From: Vezdaea acicularis
Taxonomy: Eukaryota
Length of the DNA: 64,000 bases
NCBI GenBank assembly: GCA_026025075.1
Contig: JAPEUI010000018.1
Location: 124,001 to 188,000 of the forward strand
Direction: 5' to 3'
Position 1 is the stretch's first letter, and every line of letters begins with the position of its first letter. Shown one piece after another: positions 24,540 through 36,419 of this stretch. Below the pieces are notes generated by a model, which saw nothing but the letters and a program-made list of their open reading frames with translations, ran no database searches and had not been told where the DNA came from. A program made the position numbers and the translations under genes.

Positions 24540-24778
24540 CAGTGGGGGGTCGTAAGTGTTGTACATTCGCGAAATTGTGCCTCCTACATTAATCATGCCT
24601 TAAGCACAGCGATCGACGAATCCATTCATAAGAAACCTAGCTCACAGGTTACCTGGGGAAGTCTTCAATATTTCAGTTGAATGAAATGCCTCATCGAGTG
24701 CAGGCAGCTCTTGATTCCTGGGTGTTTTACCATATATCAGCGGTCTCGTAAATGTACAACACTTACGACCCCCCACTG
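24540..24778. mobile_element. Tc1/mariner-type MITE (239 bp, perfect 28-bp TIR, TA target duplication)
   Basis: TA|CAGTGGGGGGTCGTAAGTGTTGTACATT ... AATGTACAACACTTACGACCCCCCACTG|TA. Confidence 0.93.
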
Positions 24779-25857
24779 TAGATTTGATCGAGATTTGGAC
24801 TTTAAGCGGTCCACACAATACACCTTGTGGCGGCCGCTTGAATACTAGATTTGACGTAAAACGTAAAGCAAAGGCTGTAAATCTTTGTGTCACGAATCTA
24901 CGGCGCCAAGCTTAAGTCCCGTGGACCAATCGTAGATAAGAGTGTGGGGAAGTGCGGCAGCATTGCTCCCTACACTTTGGCTTCTGGGAGCCTGTGGGTC
25001 AGTGTCAATCACGAATCACAGGAGGAATACTGCATTAGGTTAGTATGGCGATCTAGCACCTACAACACCCAGCGATCGTAGATGCAGATTTTCTCCACAC
25101 GAAAATTCAATCGGTTATTCTCACCACTCACGCGCTGAGCATTGATCTTTATGTGTGACAGCGTTCTATGATGAGACTAGCAGCATTACTCGAAAGGGGC
25201 CGTTGCATAATGCTCGTATTAAGTGCATCGGAAGCACCCTTGCCGCAACGCCTTCCGATTGGCCATTGACACCGATTGGCTCTTGTGCAGAATGTCCGCA
25301 AACCACCAAAACAACATGTCTAGACCACATGAGCCTGGAGGCATCGCGGGGTAACATGAATACACTATCCCAGATCAGTCGGCATCCGCAGCTCTTGAAG
25401 GGTCAATGCAAACGTTGACGCTTCTTCTATGGTAGCCACCGAGTTTCCCTTCATCGAAAAATCAACCAAGATCGAGAACCAATCTAATGGCTTGGTACTT
25501 TCTTTTTCAGAAGATCGTTTGATATCTTACGTTTTTCTCCTTCTTTTCATGTCTAGTGTATATCTCTATGGGTCTTGAGGAATCATGGATGCAGTATGTG
25601 CAGCAACCCACCAAGGCGTCCAAATAGACTTGGTCTAAGCACTTACAAGGGAGAATGGCCTCCCCACCATCATTTGAAGGATCGTAGATGCAGATCCCTT
25701 GTTGCAAATGACCATTGGTTTGCAGAGTGCCACGCACGCTCGTGCGGGGGACTCATGGTGTGCCCCACGCAATACAGATAGGTGATATATTCTCTGCTCA
25801 ACCGGAGAGGTTTTGGACCAGACGCTCAGAACCCCAAACCCCCCACTCGTCGCAGCC

Positions 25858-27835
25858 ATGGCTAATATTCCCATCCGAGATCAAGTTGCAAACTATATCA
25901 CCCGAAGGGCCATTGCTAAAGAGCTGAACATACGCCCTCTAGGTCGACAGAGAACTCCTATACCGGATCTGCCTGGTGTCCCTGACTTCAGGGCAGACCC
26001 AGAAGCCCTTCCTCCTGCTCCAAGATTTCAGCCAGCTCCTCTTCCACATGGGAAGAAAGCCCTCCCAATATGCATCATTGGAGGAGGGGTGTGCGGTCTA
26101 TATGCAGCCCTGTGTCTGGAGCTCAGTGGAAATACCAACTATGTAATCCTTGAAGCATCAGCGCGTCCCGGAGGCCGTGTATACACCAAGAGATTTGTAA
26201 GACAACCGGCAGGACCCAGTGACTACTTCGATGTTGGAGCAATGCGTTTTCCGAAAATACCGGTACTACCGCTCACGTTCGAGCTGTTTGACTATCTCAA
26301 AGACAGTATTGTGCTAGAGCCATATCACACCAGTGGCCCAAATAATCCAATGCTTTTTAATAGCATACACTGGCCTAATTCGGGCGACCCAGCTCCGGGG
26401 GACCATTTCAAAGTGAGCGTTTCGAACGACGGAACTGTTCCAGACACGTTGAGTCTACATGGTCTGTCTACAAATGCATACAAACTGATTAATATTATGT
26501 ATAGATACGTCGCTACAGGAGTCGACAATCTACTGGATGCTGCTTATGGACCATTCAAGCAAGAGTTTGCTGAAAACGGGTTTTATGCAGGATTCGCTAA
26601 GTTACTTAAGTTTGATAACTATACGACTCGTGCTTACCTAAGTGATGAAACGATGTGAGCAGATGCATGAATCTCGTATATCTCAAGGCTGACTGTATTA
26701 CACAAAGACTGAACTATCCGTTTTCAGCGGTTCAATGGTGTGAGACTATGGATTCGTAAGCATTAAACATCTCCTAAAAGCCTAAAGTAGCTAGAGCCAT
26801 GAGGCTGCTTGGCTAACAGATTTGCCTGCTAGAGCTACTGGCCTGTATGATCAAGCGTTCACCGAAAGCGTGTTGGACTCACTCGACTTCGATTTCCCTG
26901 GCGGGGCCAATTGGTACTGCCTAAAAGGAGGGACCGTAACACTTATTGATGCATTGATGAATAGACTTTCGACGCAGCCCACTTATGGTCAACGCGTCAC
27001 AGCTATTGCCAAGAATGGAGATATCATGGAAGTGAGCGTAAACAATGGGCCTGCTGCGCAGTACTCCAAGGTCATCACAACCGTGCCCTTGTCTTGTCTC
27101 CGTTTGATTGATCTCACCCGCGCCGAGCTGGACTATGAACAAAAGGTAGCTGTTCGCTCCCTACACTATGACGCATCCGTCAAAGTTGGCATGAAGTTCA
27201 AGACAAAATGGTGGAGTACTGAATTCGGCATCAATGAAGGAGGTCAAGGAAAGACTGATGAGCCAATTCGCGTATGCGCTTACCCTTCCTATGGTGCTCA
27301 AGACGACCCGACAAAGCCTGCTGTGCTGATCGCCAGTTACACATGGTCCCAAGATGCCCAGCGCATTGGCTCGCTCGTCCAAGGCCCGGGCTCAAACGCC
27401 GAATCAGTCCTTGTCGATGTGGTCCTCAAAGGCCTTGTCCGACTACACAACAAGGTCAATATAACCTACCAATACCTAAAGGATGAGCTATTAGAATACT
27501 ACGCGCACGATTGGTATAGGGATGAGTTTACTATGGGCGCCTTCGCTCTCTTTGGGCCCGGTCAATTCACTAATCTATATCCGAGTCTCACCAGGCCAGC
27601 TGCAGGTGGATACCTGCACTTTGCTGGCGAAGCTGTCTCGACTCATCACGCGTGGATTGAAGGGTCTCTCTCTAGTGCCAACAGGGCCGTTGCTCAGGTC
27701 CTCGTTCGTGAGGGTGAGTACGAACGTATCAAGGAAGTAGAGAAGGTCCTCGGAAGCCCCCACGAAGTGGAACCGAATGCGGTTCAGTGGCAAACGATAT
27801 TGGGTTCACGTTCACCCGAGGAGAAGCCAACTTAA
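25858..27835 (+). CDS. Flavin-containing amine oxidase / L-amino acid oxidase (about 4 exons)
   Basis: Rossmann motif ICIIGGGVCGLYAA, LEAS.RPGGRVYT, FDVGAMRFP, ASYTWSQDA and HFAGEAVSTHHAWIEGSLSSA. Confidence 0.92.
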
Positions 27836-28321
27836 GGCGCTCACAACTGAAGGCGCTTTTTTGTTTTGTACTCAGTCACATTGGCTCACATATTTGGGAT
27901 TTTCTATTCCTTTTCGATCACGATCCACAGATATAGCAGTAACGATACCAATGCACTCCATCATTTCATGCATGACCTAGCATGACCTAGCATAATGTGA
28001 ATCATGTCATGAAAAGATCACAACTTATACTTACTTTCGCTGAGTATAACTTTGCTCTAGCTTTGCGTTTTTTCTGTGGGTAGAATAGGGTAACTCCCCC
28101 CCTTTTCAAAAAATGTTGTTGGAAGATGCGTACTGAATATGGTGACGGAGACTTGCGATGCCTCTTTTTTGGCCATTTTGAGCCAGGACGACTTAGTTGT
28201 AGACTCTATAAAGATTGTTACGAGCGATGGGAGGCTGAAATGTGTTCGTCCTCGCCGTGGGATAGGATCAAGTGGAGGGCGAAAGCGCGGAACATTTGAA
28301 TATTTATCGCATCTAGAAAAG

Positions 28322-28485
28322 GTGGGGGTGTCCAGACCACGTAGAATTTTCGAAATTTTCGGGCTCGCTTAAGGGTCGTTTTCGTCGAAAATTTTGAAAA
28401 TCTCGGGGTATTCAGATCAAAATTCCAAATTTTCGCTCCAAAAAGGGTTTCAACTCAAAAATTCAAACGTGGTCTGAATACCCAC
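28322..28485. repeat. Small imperfect inverted-repeat element (possible decayed MITE)
   Basis: GGGTGTCCAGACCACGTAGAATTTT ... AAAATTCAAACGTGGTCTGAATACCC, plus an internal GGGTATTCAGA copy. Confidence 0.55.
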
Positions 28486-28637
28486 AACAGGAATCACTTG
28501 TCACTTTCCTTGAGCTAAATTCTAAGCGGGCTTCATTTAGCTTAGCTGCTATAGCTTTGCCGGCAAGTCTTGGCGGGGCCACATTGGCTTTTTACACTAA
28601 AGGGCTTGACAGAAACTAGAGGCTAATACAATCAGTA

Positions 28638-28870
28638 CACGGGGTCGGACCTATGTCTGTTCCGCCAAGAAGTGGCGCTCGATTTTCCTGAGTTTCCACC
28701 GTGCACTCCACCAATTCAAATAATTTTATTAATGGCAGAAGACATCCTATCCTACCTTGAGATGCCTCTATACTTTTTTAGATTTCAATCGCATCTGTGG
28801 TTGTGGTGCTGAAGTATTGTGAAGATTGGGCGCCAAGCCTTGGCGGAACAGACATAGGTCACACCCCGTG
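28638..28870. mobile_element. Tc1/mariner-type MITE (233 bp, ~32-bp TIR, TA target duplication)
   Basis: TA|CACGGGGTCGGACCTATGTCTGTTCCGCCAAG ... CTTGGCGGAACAGACATAGGTCACACCCCGTG|TA (2 mismatches). Confidence 0.92.
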
Positions 28871-30068
28871 TACAACGGTAGCATCCGCTTATGACGCGCC
28901 AGCGCGCTTTAGGCAACTGTCTTTGCTTAGGGGTGGACGGCGGTCAGGGAACGCTTAGTCAGCGCACCCTGATATATATACCGAGCCGGGCCCGCTAGGG
29001 ACTTGACATTGAATAGTTTTGAATCATTAGCTAGTCATTGGGATTCATCTATATAATCTCATACCACCAATTATATCAATATACATCTACTCTAATATTG
29101 CATAGTGAGACCTCTAGCTATCGTCGGCGACCCGCATACCCCTATACCCTATTAAACACGCAGTAGCACCGCAGGCGGGATGCAGACGTTGCTCAGCCTA
29201 TCACGCTCTCAGATTCAGGAGCAGCTATTGTGCCCGTCCTTACAACTTTCTTGCAGATTTAGAAGGAGAACGGACGGCAATGATCTTCTTTACAGTGGGT
29301 AATGTCAATAAAGAATGCGGAGGAGATGAATAATTAGCCAGCTCATAGAGTAGTTATCATTTGTATATGCTCACATTTACTGGTTGTCATCATGGAAATT
29401 GATGGCGTAGTACATGTAGATAAGATACCTACCGTGGAGTCTAGTGGCCCATCGCGGCCAGTATTACTATTCAAGAAACAAGACTACGGAGATCACAGCG
29501 CCAATGATGCGTGATTATGACGCACTCCCAGGTTCCTTGTTCATTGTGGGATTCAAAACTGTGACAGATTTCTTCTAGCAATTTCTGGGAGGCAGACATT
29601 TACTGTGGGGGTTTCAGGCTGTTCTGCTTGTCACTCGAAACTGTAGCCGTGCCAATGTCAGGTGGGTTCATTCCTGTGAGCGGAATGGCGAGGGGAAGGG
29701 CTAGCAGTGGGATGAGCACATGCGATGCGAGTTGGGTTTGACGCATGTGGGTAAGTGGTGGCGGGAGGAGGGGAGCGATGAGCACGGGTCGGAGTGAAGC
29801 ACTGTAGGTAAAGAGCATCTGTCACATGTTACTTAGGGTAGTAGGACGGGGTGAATAACGGACAGAATGCAATTGTCATCATCAGACTCTTTACATGGCC
29901 CTTTTAGCTAAAAGCAAGTAGTGTGTGAATCAAAAGGTACGACAAAAGTTACGTTGGATCTACTACTATTCTCCCTTTGGTAAAGTTTGTTATCATGTTA
30001 TCCCACCTACGCTCACACCTACACTCACTTAGCCTCGCATGTTTACTTATACGTACTCAGTATCTCAG

Positions 30069-31087
30069 CTAAGGCGGTGCTGTGATAATTGCATAGGATA
30101 CCGTAGTTTCGCCTGTTATCTCTGTACTGATGTCCGTCGTAGTAATGGTGGTTGTAGTAGTCGTAGGGACAGTGGTCTGCTGAGTGATAGTGAGAGTCGT
30201 TGTAGTCAACGACTCAGTGATGAAGCAGCTACACGCAGTACTGATGCGGCTAGGTGGAACGGTGGTCAGGAAAGTCGGTGTCGCGCCTGTGTAATCCCTC
30301 TTCCGGTGAGGGGCACTGGTGCATTGAACCTGCGGTGATGAAAGACAAATTTAGGAGCTTCTCTTTTGATTCTGTTGGTTTCAGACAAAGGAGGAAGCTT
30401 TACTTACGGGCAGCAAGTCAGGGCAGTCGCGATCATAGAAAGTAAATCCGCTCCCAGGGGCCGGCTGGACATTTCCCGCTGTTGGGGCGCTGAATAGGTT
30501 ACAGACCATGGCGCCGCCGCTCTGGACCTGGAAAGCTTTGCAATTTATATCGGCAAGGCATCTTTCGTGGCAGTCAACCGGGTCAACGCCTAAAGCTTGG
30601 GAGATCAAGAATTGACCGAACCCAAAGGCCTCGAGGCCGCAAGTGGTAGGCGTGGTGGGCTGCGCAGCGCAAGTTACAGTCGAGGTACCGGTCACAGTGG
30701 ACGTCGCAGTGGTGGTCGTAGAAATGGTGGTGGATTGCGTGACAACGACTGTCGTCGGGACGGAAGCTGTGGTAGTCAATGTCGCCGTAGATCGGATGTA
30801 CCCCGAGCAAAAGGAGCTGGCTTCTGGGGCATGGCCGTATTTACGCAGGTCCCGGAAAACGTCGTCTCCGTTGCAGGCTCAATGAAAAAAAAAAGGGACG
30901 TCAGTATCACGTTAGGTCTTCATTTTGTGTAGGGTATCAGCTTACAGCCGTAACCCCTTCGTTCCTTGCCAAGATCACGCTTGGAAGGTGGTCCGCCGGG
31001 TATGACACCGTTGACAGCCTCGAGTGTAGCTGGAACAGCGATGGCTTGGCTAGTAGCTAGCAAAATAGCAAGAGAAAATGACTTCAT
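30069..31087 (-). CDS. Secreted Thr-rich, Cys-containing protein with a PAN/apple-like module (3 exons)
   Basis: Signal peptide MKSFSLAILLATSQAIA. Segments CNGDDVFR..EASSFCSGY, a Thr-rich tract, C.E.C.....CKAF......CNLF....FYDRDC and STACSC. Confidence 0.8.
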
Positions 31088-31936
31088 CCTGGACTAAATG
31101 TCAAAAGGGATCTGTTAGAGGAGGAATAGCGTATTTGGATAGAGTCAAAATTTGATTGTGCATGAGAAGACAAGGAGATTTGATTAACTGACTAGAGAGG
31201 TCCCAGCTGATATAGGGGAAATTCTTCACGGACCACAGGCCAACAGGCCGGTAATGCATCCTCCAAGACCTTTGGTAGGGACAGTTATCTAGCGGTAAGG
31301 AAGTTAACCCCTTTTCGTGTGCTGAATATAAGTGGCGTTCAATCATAACAGCGGATATTATTCTAGATGGTCAGGCAATGTATAATATGCATATCGATAG
31401 GGCCTAACTTAAGGACACATGACAAAGTAAACTACCTATCCCTCCTATAACGTAAAAGTGGGGAGAGTGTGCATATTGCTTTCATTCCATTTTCGTTCTC
31501 GTTTTCGTGGGCTGAAAAGCCAAGACGTTACAGTACAGCGGCGACCTGCGCTAAGTTCCGTCCACTCCCTAGCTGCAGATCAGTCCATCGCGTATTTGAA
31601 CATCAAAGTGGCAGCTAACGGAATTGGGTGTGTCTTATACAATTAAGGCGTTCCAGCAGTAGTGACTACGCGGCGCGGGTTATTCGTGGCAAACCAAAGT
31701 GCTCGGCGCGGAAAACGCTCACGATGAAGTCAACGCATCTTGCCCACGCGTGTAAAGCTTGTGGTGGCTGGATAAAAATGAATAGAGGGTTAGTCATTGA
31801 ACGAGCTCATATTGCACAAGCACTGATTCCTTAAAATAGCTCTCAGTAAAGCCAATGTAGATTTATGCCCAGGACTTTTGGAGTGAGCGAGTCTAGGGTC
31901 GTATCAATTTCATAGCTCAGGCAGTGCAGGGGTGTA

Positions 31937-32006
31937 CAGTACCCGGTCAAAAGTCTGTGTATGGGGTCGCTTGATCTGAGCGATCCAGACTTTTGACCGG
32001 GTACTG
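31937..32006. mobile_element. Minimal 70-bp Tc1-type MITE (21-bp perfect TIR, TA target duplication)
   Basis: TA|CAGTACCCGGTCAAAAGTCTG-28 bp-CAGACTTTTGACCGGGTACTG|TA. Confidence 0.88.
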
Positions 32007-32504
32007 TAGGCCAAAGCCTATTAGTCCAAGCCTGGCATCCAGCTGCCTATTGGTTTGCTCTGCCAAGAATGGCGCCCTACTGAAACCGGCACCCTATCAA
32101 AACTGATGCCCCGCATGCAACCCATAAATGCCCCACATTTTGACGGTAACGACCGCGACACGAAAACCTTAACCCCACGTGCTTTCTCCTTGTTAACACG
32201 TGACTTATGGCTTTTTAGGTAGCAAGGTTGTGGAGCATCTTATATTTATCCCGTTCAGAAAAGGTAGTCGGGTTTCTATCACTAGGGAAAAATAATCAAA
32301 GTAACTAGAAATATTCGACACAAACCTTATTTCATCAAATTCCCCTTCTTGAGTCTCTCAACTTGGAACGAAGCAATAGTGGAGGGCCTGGACGTCTTTG
32401 CGCAAGCGATCTTGATAACCAGCTTCCCATATCTCCTGGGGTCAACTCGGCCTTTAAACTCCGCTCAAAAAAACTTCCTGTAGTTCTGTTACTTACGAAC
32501 CAAG

Positions 32505-33082
32505 ATGACATGCCCCACGCCTCCTTTATCTGTCCTCTTTGTGTGCCTAGGAAACATCTGTTCGTCCTTAGAAATTCCCCTATCCTACTATCCAGCCTTG
32601 CTATAAGACTAACACAATGCCTACTAGGCCGTTCCACCATGGCCGAAGGAGTCTTCCGCTCTCTTTCTCGCACGCATCCTTCGATTGGGGTCATAGATAG
32701 CTGCGGCACAGGTGCCTACCACGTCGGTGATTCGCCAGATACTCGCACCATGGCCGTCCTTAGAGACAATGGTATCACGGACTACGTACACGGCGCTCGC
32801 CAAGTCACCCTCGACGACTTTACCAACTTTGATTACATCCTCGCCATGGACAAGTACAACTTGCGAGACCTAGAGCGACTGCGTACGCGGGCTACAAGCA
32901 AGGGCAGCGCTGGAGATAAGAAAGTTGCGCAAGTCATGCTGTTTGGAGACTTTGGAGGCACGAAAGGCGAGGAGGTCGGAGATCCATATTATGGTGCCAG
33001 ACACGGATTCGAGATCGCATATGAGCAGATGGTGAGGTTTTCGGAAGGGTTCTTCAAAGAGGTGGAGAAAAGAGAGGATTGA
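32505..33082 (+). CDS. LTP1: Low-molecular-weight phosphotyrosine protein phosphatase (2 exons)
   Basis: The spliced P-loop reads SVLFVCLGNIC|RSTMAE. Also DSCGTGAYHVG, FDYILAMD and DPYYG. Confidence 0.93.
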
Positions 33083-33273
33083 ACTATATTCACTGTTACT
33101 TCCGCACAAGTCGCGTGGATATGTGGCCGTTATGAATCAAGGCGAATCTTGTGCATTCATCACTATTTAAAGCGCCCTTCTGCTTCAATCGATCAAATCT
33201 ACGACTCTTCCATCCTCTTCTATTCTAGCCATCTAGTCAACAACAAGTCCACCAACCAAGCACTCAGTCTACC

Positions 33274-33555
33274 ATGTCGATCAATTATAAAAAGTACAAG
33301 GTCCTACTATTCTGGCATGAGGAAGAGTATACGATGGTAACAGGAACAAAGGAAGATTGCTCTTGGATCAACGCCCACCCATGTGCTAATGAGAAGGCAA
33401 GAGACTCTCATGCAGAATCTGAGCAGAAGGTCCAATTCGCGGCCAAGGAGATAACTTGGAATGAATGCCGGAATGACTTTATGGAAGCCTTCCCAGGCTC
33501 GAAGACGAAATTACGAGAGGAAATTGGGATAGGGTTGGGTATGGGACTTGGCTAA
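33274..33555 (+). CDS. Small orphan protein (93 aa), paralog of 33850-34212
   Basis: ATG in good context (ACCATGT). Shares VL.W..E.Y / W..AH / F.EAFP motifs with the next ORF. Confidence 0.55.
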   Translation: MSINYKKYKVLLFWHEEEYTMVTGTKEDCSWINAHPCANEKARDSHAESEQKVQFAAKEITWNECRNDFMEAFPGSKTKLREEIGIGLGMGLG

Positions 33556-33849
33556 AGCGGGTACCTAAGGGGCACAAGGGGCAAATGTGGGAGCGGCTAG
33601 ATGAATGGCCGGGAAACTGATCCATTTTTGAATGCCGATCGCTTAACAGGAGATGGAGTTGGTGAAGCTAAATATCAATGAAACTTTCGTATGAATGTAA
33701 GCAGCCTTCAAGTGATTGTGACTACTACTTAAACCTGCCCTCCTTCCTAGAATGGCTTCGGAATAAAAAGTGAGATACCTAACTTTCTCAAACGTTATTT
33801 CTCTGCCTCGATTCCATACCACCAGAATACCTTGACTAGCCCATTCGGC

Positions 33850-34212
33850 ATGGCCCAAACATCTCCTAGGGACCAATTGACGGTGCTCATTTGGTATAAA
33901 GAGTACTTCAAAGTCAACCTGCTCACAAACGGAGAAGGGGACTGGCTCAAAGCCCATCAGATGCCGAATCCGCAGCACCAGAAGGGCGGTCAAAAAAAAC
34001 TGGACTCAGATACTATCACAGGAAGGTTCAACGAAGCATTTCCATGGACGCGGGCACACTTATGTGCTGGATCATGGGAGAAGATGGAGTTCGGATACGG
34101 TGTGTACCCAGAGACTCGAGACCACTACAAAGAATCGAGGTCCAGATCCAGATACAGGTCCAGGTCCAGGTCAAGTTCAAGAGGCCCTGCTAGTAATACT
34201 CAATCATTGTAG
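33850..34212 (+). CDS. Small orphan protein (120 aa) with RS-rich tail, paralog of 33274-33555
   Basis: VLIWYKEYF...WLKAH...FNEAFP. C-terminal SRSRSRYRSRSRSSSR. Confidence 0.55.
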   Translation: MAQTSPRDQLTVLIWYKEYFKVNLLTNGEGDWLKAHQMPNPQHQKGGQKKLDSDTITGRFNEAFPWTRAHLCAGSWEKMEFGYGVYPETRDHYKESRSRSRYRSRSRSSSRGPASNTQSL

Positions 34213-34283
34213 TGGCTCTACCAAAGAATCGACCGCCTGTTTTGGATCATTCAGATGTTTGCGCGGTCCATGTCTTAGATACT

Positions 34284-35050
34284 TCAGACCTCTTTGATTA
34301 CATGGATTCGTTTCCATCCTTTCTGACGACAATTCTTGGCTTGATGGCCCTGCTTGTTACAGACATAACAGCGGCCAGTAAAAGATCTTGAATTCTTGAT
34401 GTTCTTGCCCTTTGCCGCAAGAGCAGCTTCGTTCTGTTTAGAATTTGGATCTTTGTGCAATTTTCGACCTCTTTGAGACGTCTTAAAGCTTTCTCCATGT
34501 AAGATCATCTATGTCCTCAAGATATAACTTGACTGGCTTATAGATCTCATTATCCAGAGCAACTAGAAGTATGACGGCCATTGTCAGATCTGATGGTTCA
34601 TTTTCCGCGCTGAGAAGTTTAATCTCAGCCCGCCAATTGCTTAGTCTTGTAGCCAGTTCTTCGATAGATTCATTGTTGTTCGCCTTACAAGTACAGCATT
34701 GTCGAAATAAGAAATAAAAGGCGTCGATCTCTTGATGGTTGATGAGCTGCCTTCAATTTTTCCCACTAGAGTCGAGCAGTCTTGAGGGCCCAGATATCTT
34801 CCCACTGTCTGTTAGACATGCTGGACATCATAATAACTTTAGCCTTTGCATTATCTCGGTCCCAACGTTCGTGAGAGCTTTTTGCCTGCTTATCATCTTT
34901 GGTTTCGAATCTCTCTGTCGCTCTTGGACGGTCCCCGCTGACAATAGACCATAAACCTTGAGAAGCTAACGTCGCCTCCATTATTACGGACCAGTACGTG
35001 TAATTTATTTCCGTAAGCTGTGGGATTCCAATATACTCCGTGATGTCCAT
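34284..35050 (-). mobile_element. Ty1/copia gag relic (frameshifted, no pol)
   Basis: N-terminal LTEINYTYWSVIMEATLASQGLWSIV (copia gag N-terminal type), WDRDNAKAK and the zinc knuckle CYVCNKQGHQAKNC. The frame is broken between them. Confidence 0.85.
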
Positions 35051-35412
35051 TTCTTATTGTTTATAGTCTGTATGTCGCTTGTATGGAGCTGCCAATTCCG
35101 GTCTATCACTTTCGCGATAAAGTGTCTTCCCTAGAGCACTTCCCAGCTAACAAATCGTTGGGTGTTGTGAACACTTTCGGCAAATTGAGAAAGTTAGTGG
35201 AAAGGAGGAGGAGACATGGGATGCGTGGATAAGACTCCAGAGGTTAGGCGCTGCTTCCCTGTTCAACGTACTGCTTGCTATGCGTATGCCCTGCTACGCC
35301 ATATCCTGCTATGCGTATATCCTGCAATATGCATACCCTGCTGTGTGTTGATCACCCTTTGCAAATCCTGACTTGCCTATTGATAATTCTTTTCGTGTGA
35401 CTTTACGCCCTC

Positions 35413-36354
35413 TTAGTCCCGAACAAGTCTCCATTCTACACCGACGAGCCATACGCCTCCTCCATCTCCAAGGTTGACTTCCCACCATGGCTTCCTGACC
35501 TCGATCTCCGCCTCCTCTCGTACCTCTGCTCGCTCGCCGCTCCCTTCCCCAGTCAGGCACGCCATTACACTGCTCCCCTCTCCTTCTACGTCCTCTTCAT
35601 CTCTCAATTTGCCAGAAATGAGCAGCATCCCCGACCCCTCAACAACACTACCCACCCTAATCCTGAACCCACCATCTCTCTTTCCCCCTTCCGCCTCACT
35701 CGCAGCACCAAGAATCCATTCCCTAACGTCCTCAGCCAGACCTCCTGGCACGAACTTCTGCGCCTTTCCTCGCCGGTGAGGCGACCATCCTGGTAGATTC
35801 ACGGCCGGCTCATGCTCTGGAACCGAGGGCGGACGAACGAGTGATAACGGCGTAGTAATGGGCTGGCCCACCGATGCGGAGGAGCTGGCTGGACCTGGTG
35901 TCGAAGGGAAGACGAACCTATGCGGTGGTGGATTTGGTGGTGCGAGGCGGGCAGGAAGTGCATTTGGGGGGGTCTGAGAAGAAAAGGCAATGACTGGGAT
36001 GGCTGTGGATGGTGGATTCGGCCGCGGGCGTTTGCGCGCATGCGGTCGAACTGGGGAGTCTGAAGCCGCTAAGGGCTCAGGGCTAGGGCTTGACGTTGCT
36101 CTTGTAGGTGAGCTGGAGAAGATGTCGTCTTTACGATTCGCGCTTGCGGTCTCCAGCTTGCTTGCGGGTGTGGTTGGGCGCGGATGTGTGCTTTTGGCCG
36201 GAGTGGACCCTGGGAGAGAGAAGCGCGGGGTGCGCTGGAACTGTGGAGCGGACTGCGGGGATTCGGAAGAGGGCGGGGGAGGCGCGGGATTGGCCTTCGG
36301 TGGAGCGGGCTTGCTTTCGCGGCGGAAGCGGTGTGGTGTAGGCGCTGCCTCCAT
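35413..36354 (-). CDS. Uncharacterised fungal protein, Pro/Ser-rich N-terminus
   Basis: Long ORF. C-terminal block WSPHRRG..KFVPGGLAEDVREW ... IEVRKPWWEV...W.V.VEW looks like a conserved fold. Confidence 0.7.
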   Translation of the reverse strand: MEAAPTPHRFRRESKPAPPKANPAPPPPSSESPQSAPQFQRTPRFSLPGSTPAKSTHPRPTTPASKLETASANRKDDIFSSSPTRATSSPSPEPLAASDSPVRPHARKRPRPNPPSTAIPVIAFSSQTPPNALPARLAPPNPPPHRFVFPSTPGPASSSASVGQPITTPLSLVRPPSVPEHEPAVNLPGWSPHRRGKAQKFVPGGLAEDVREWILGAASEAEGGKRDGGFRIRVGSVVEGSGMLLISGKLRDEEDVEGEGSSVMACLTGEGSGERAEVREEAEIEVRKPWWEVNLGDGGGVWLVGVEWRLVRD

Positions 36355-36419
36355 CGCGGAAGTACTGGCGGGAATGGAAAGCTCTATTGATATCGATCTG
36401 TGATGTTGTTCGATGGGAA

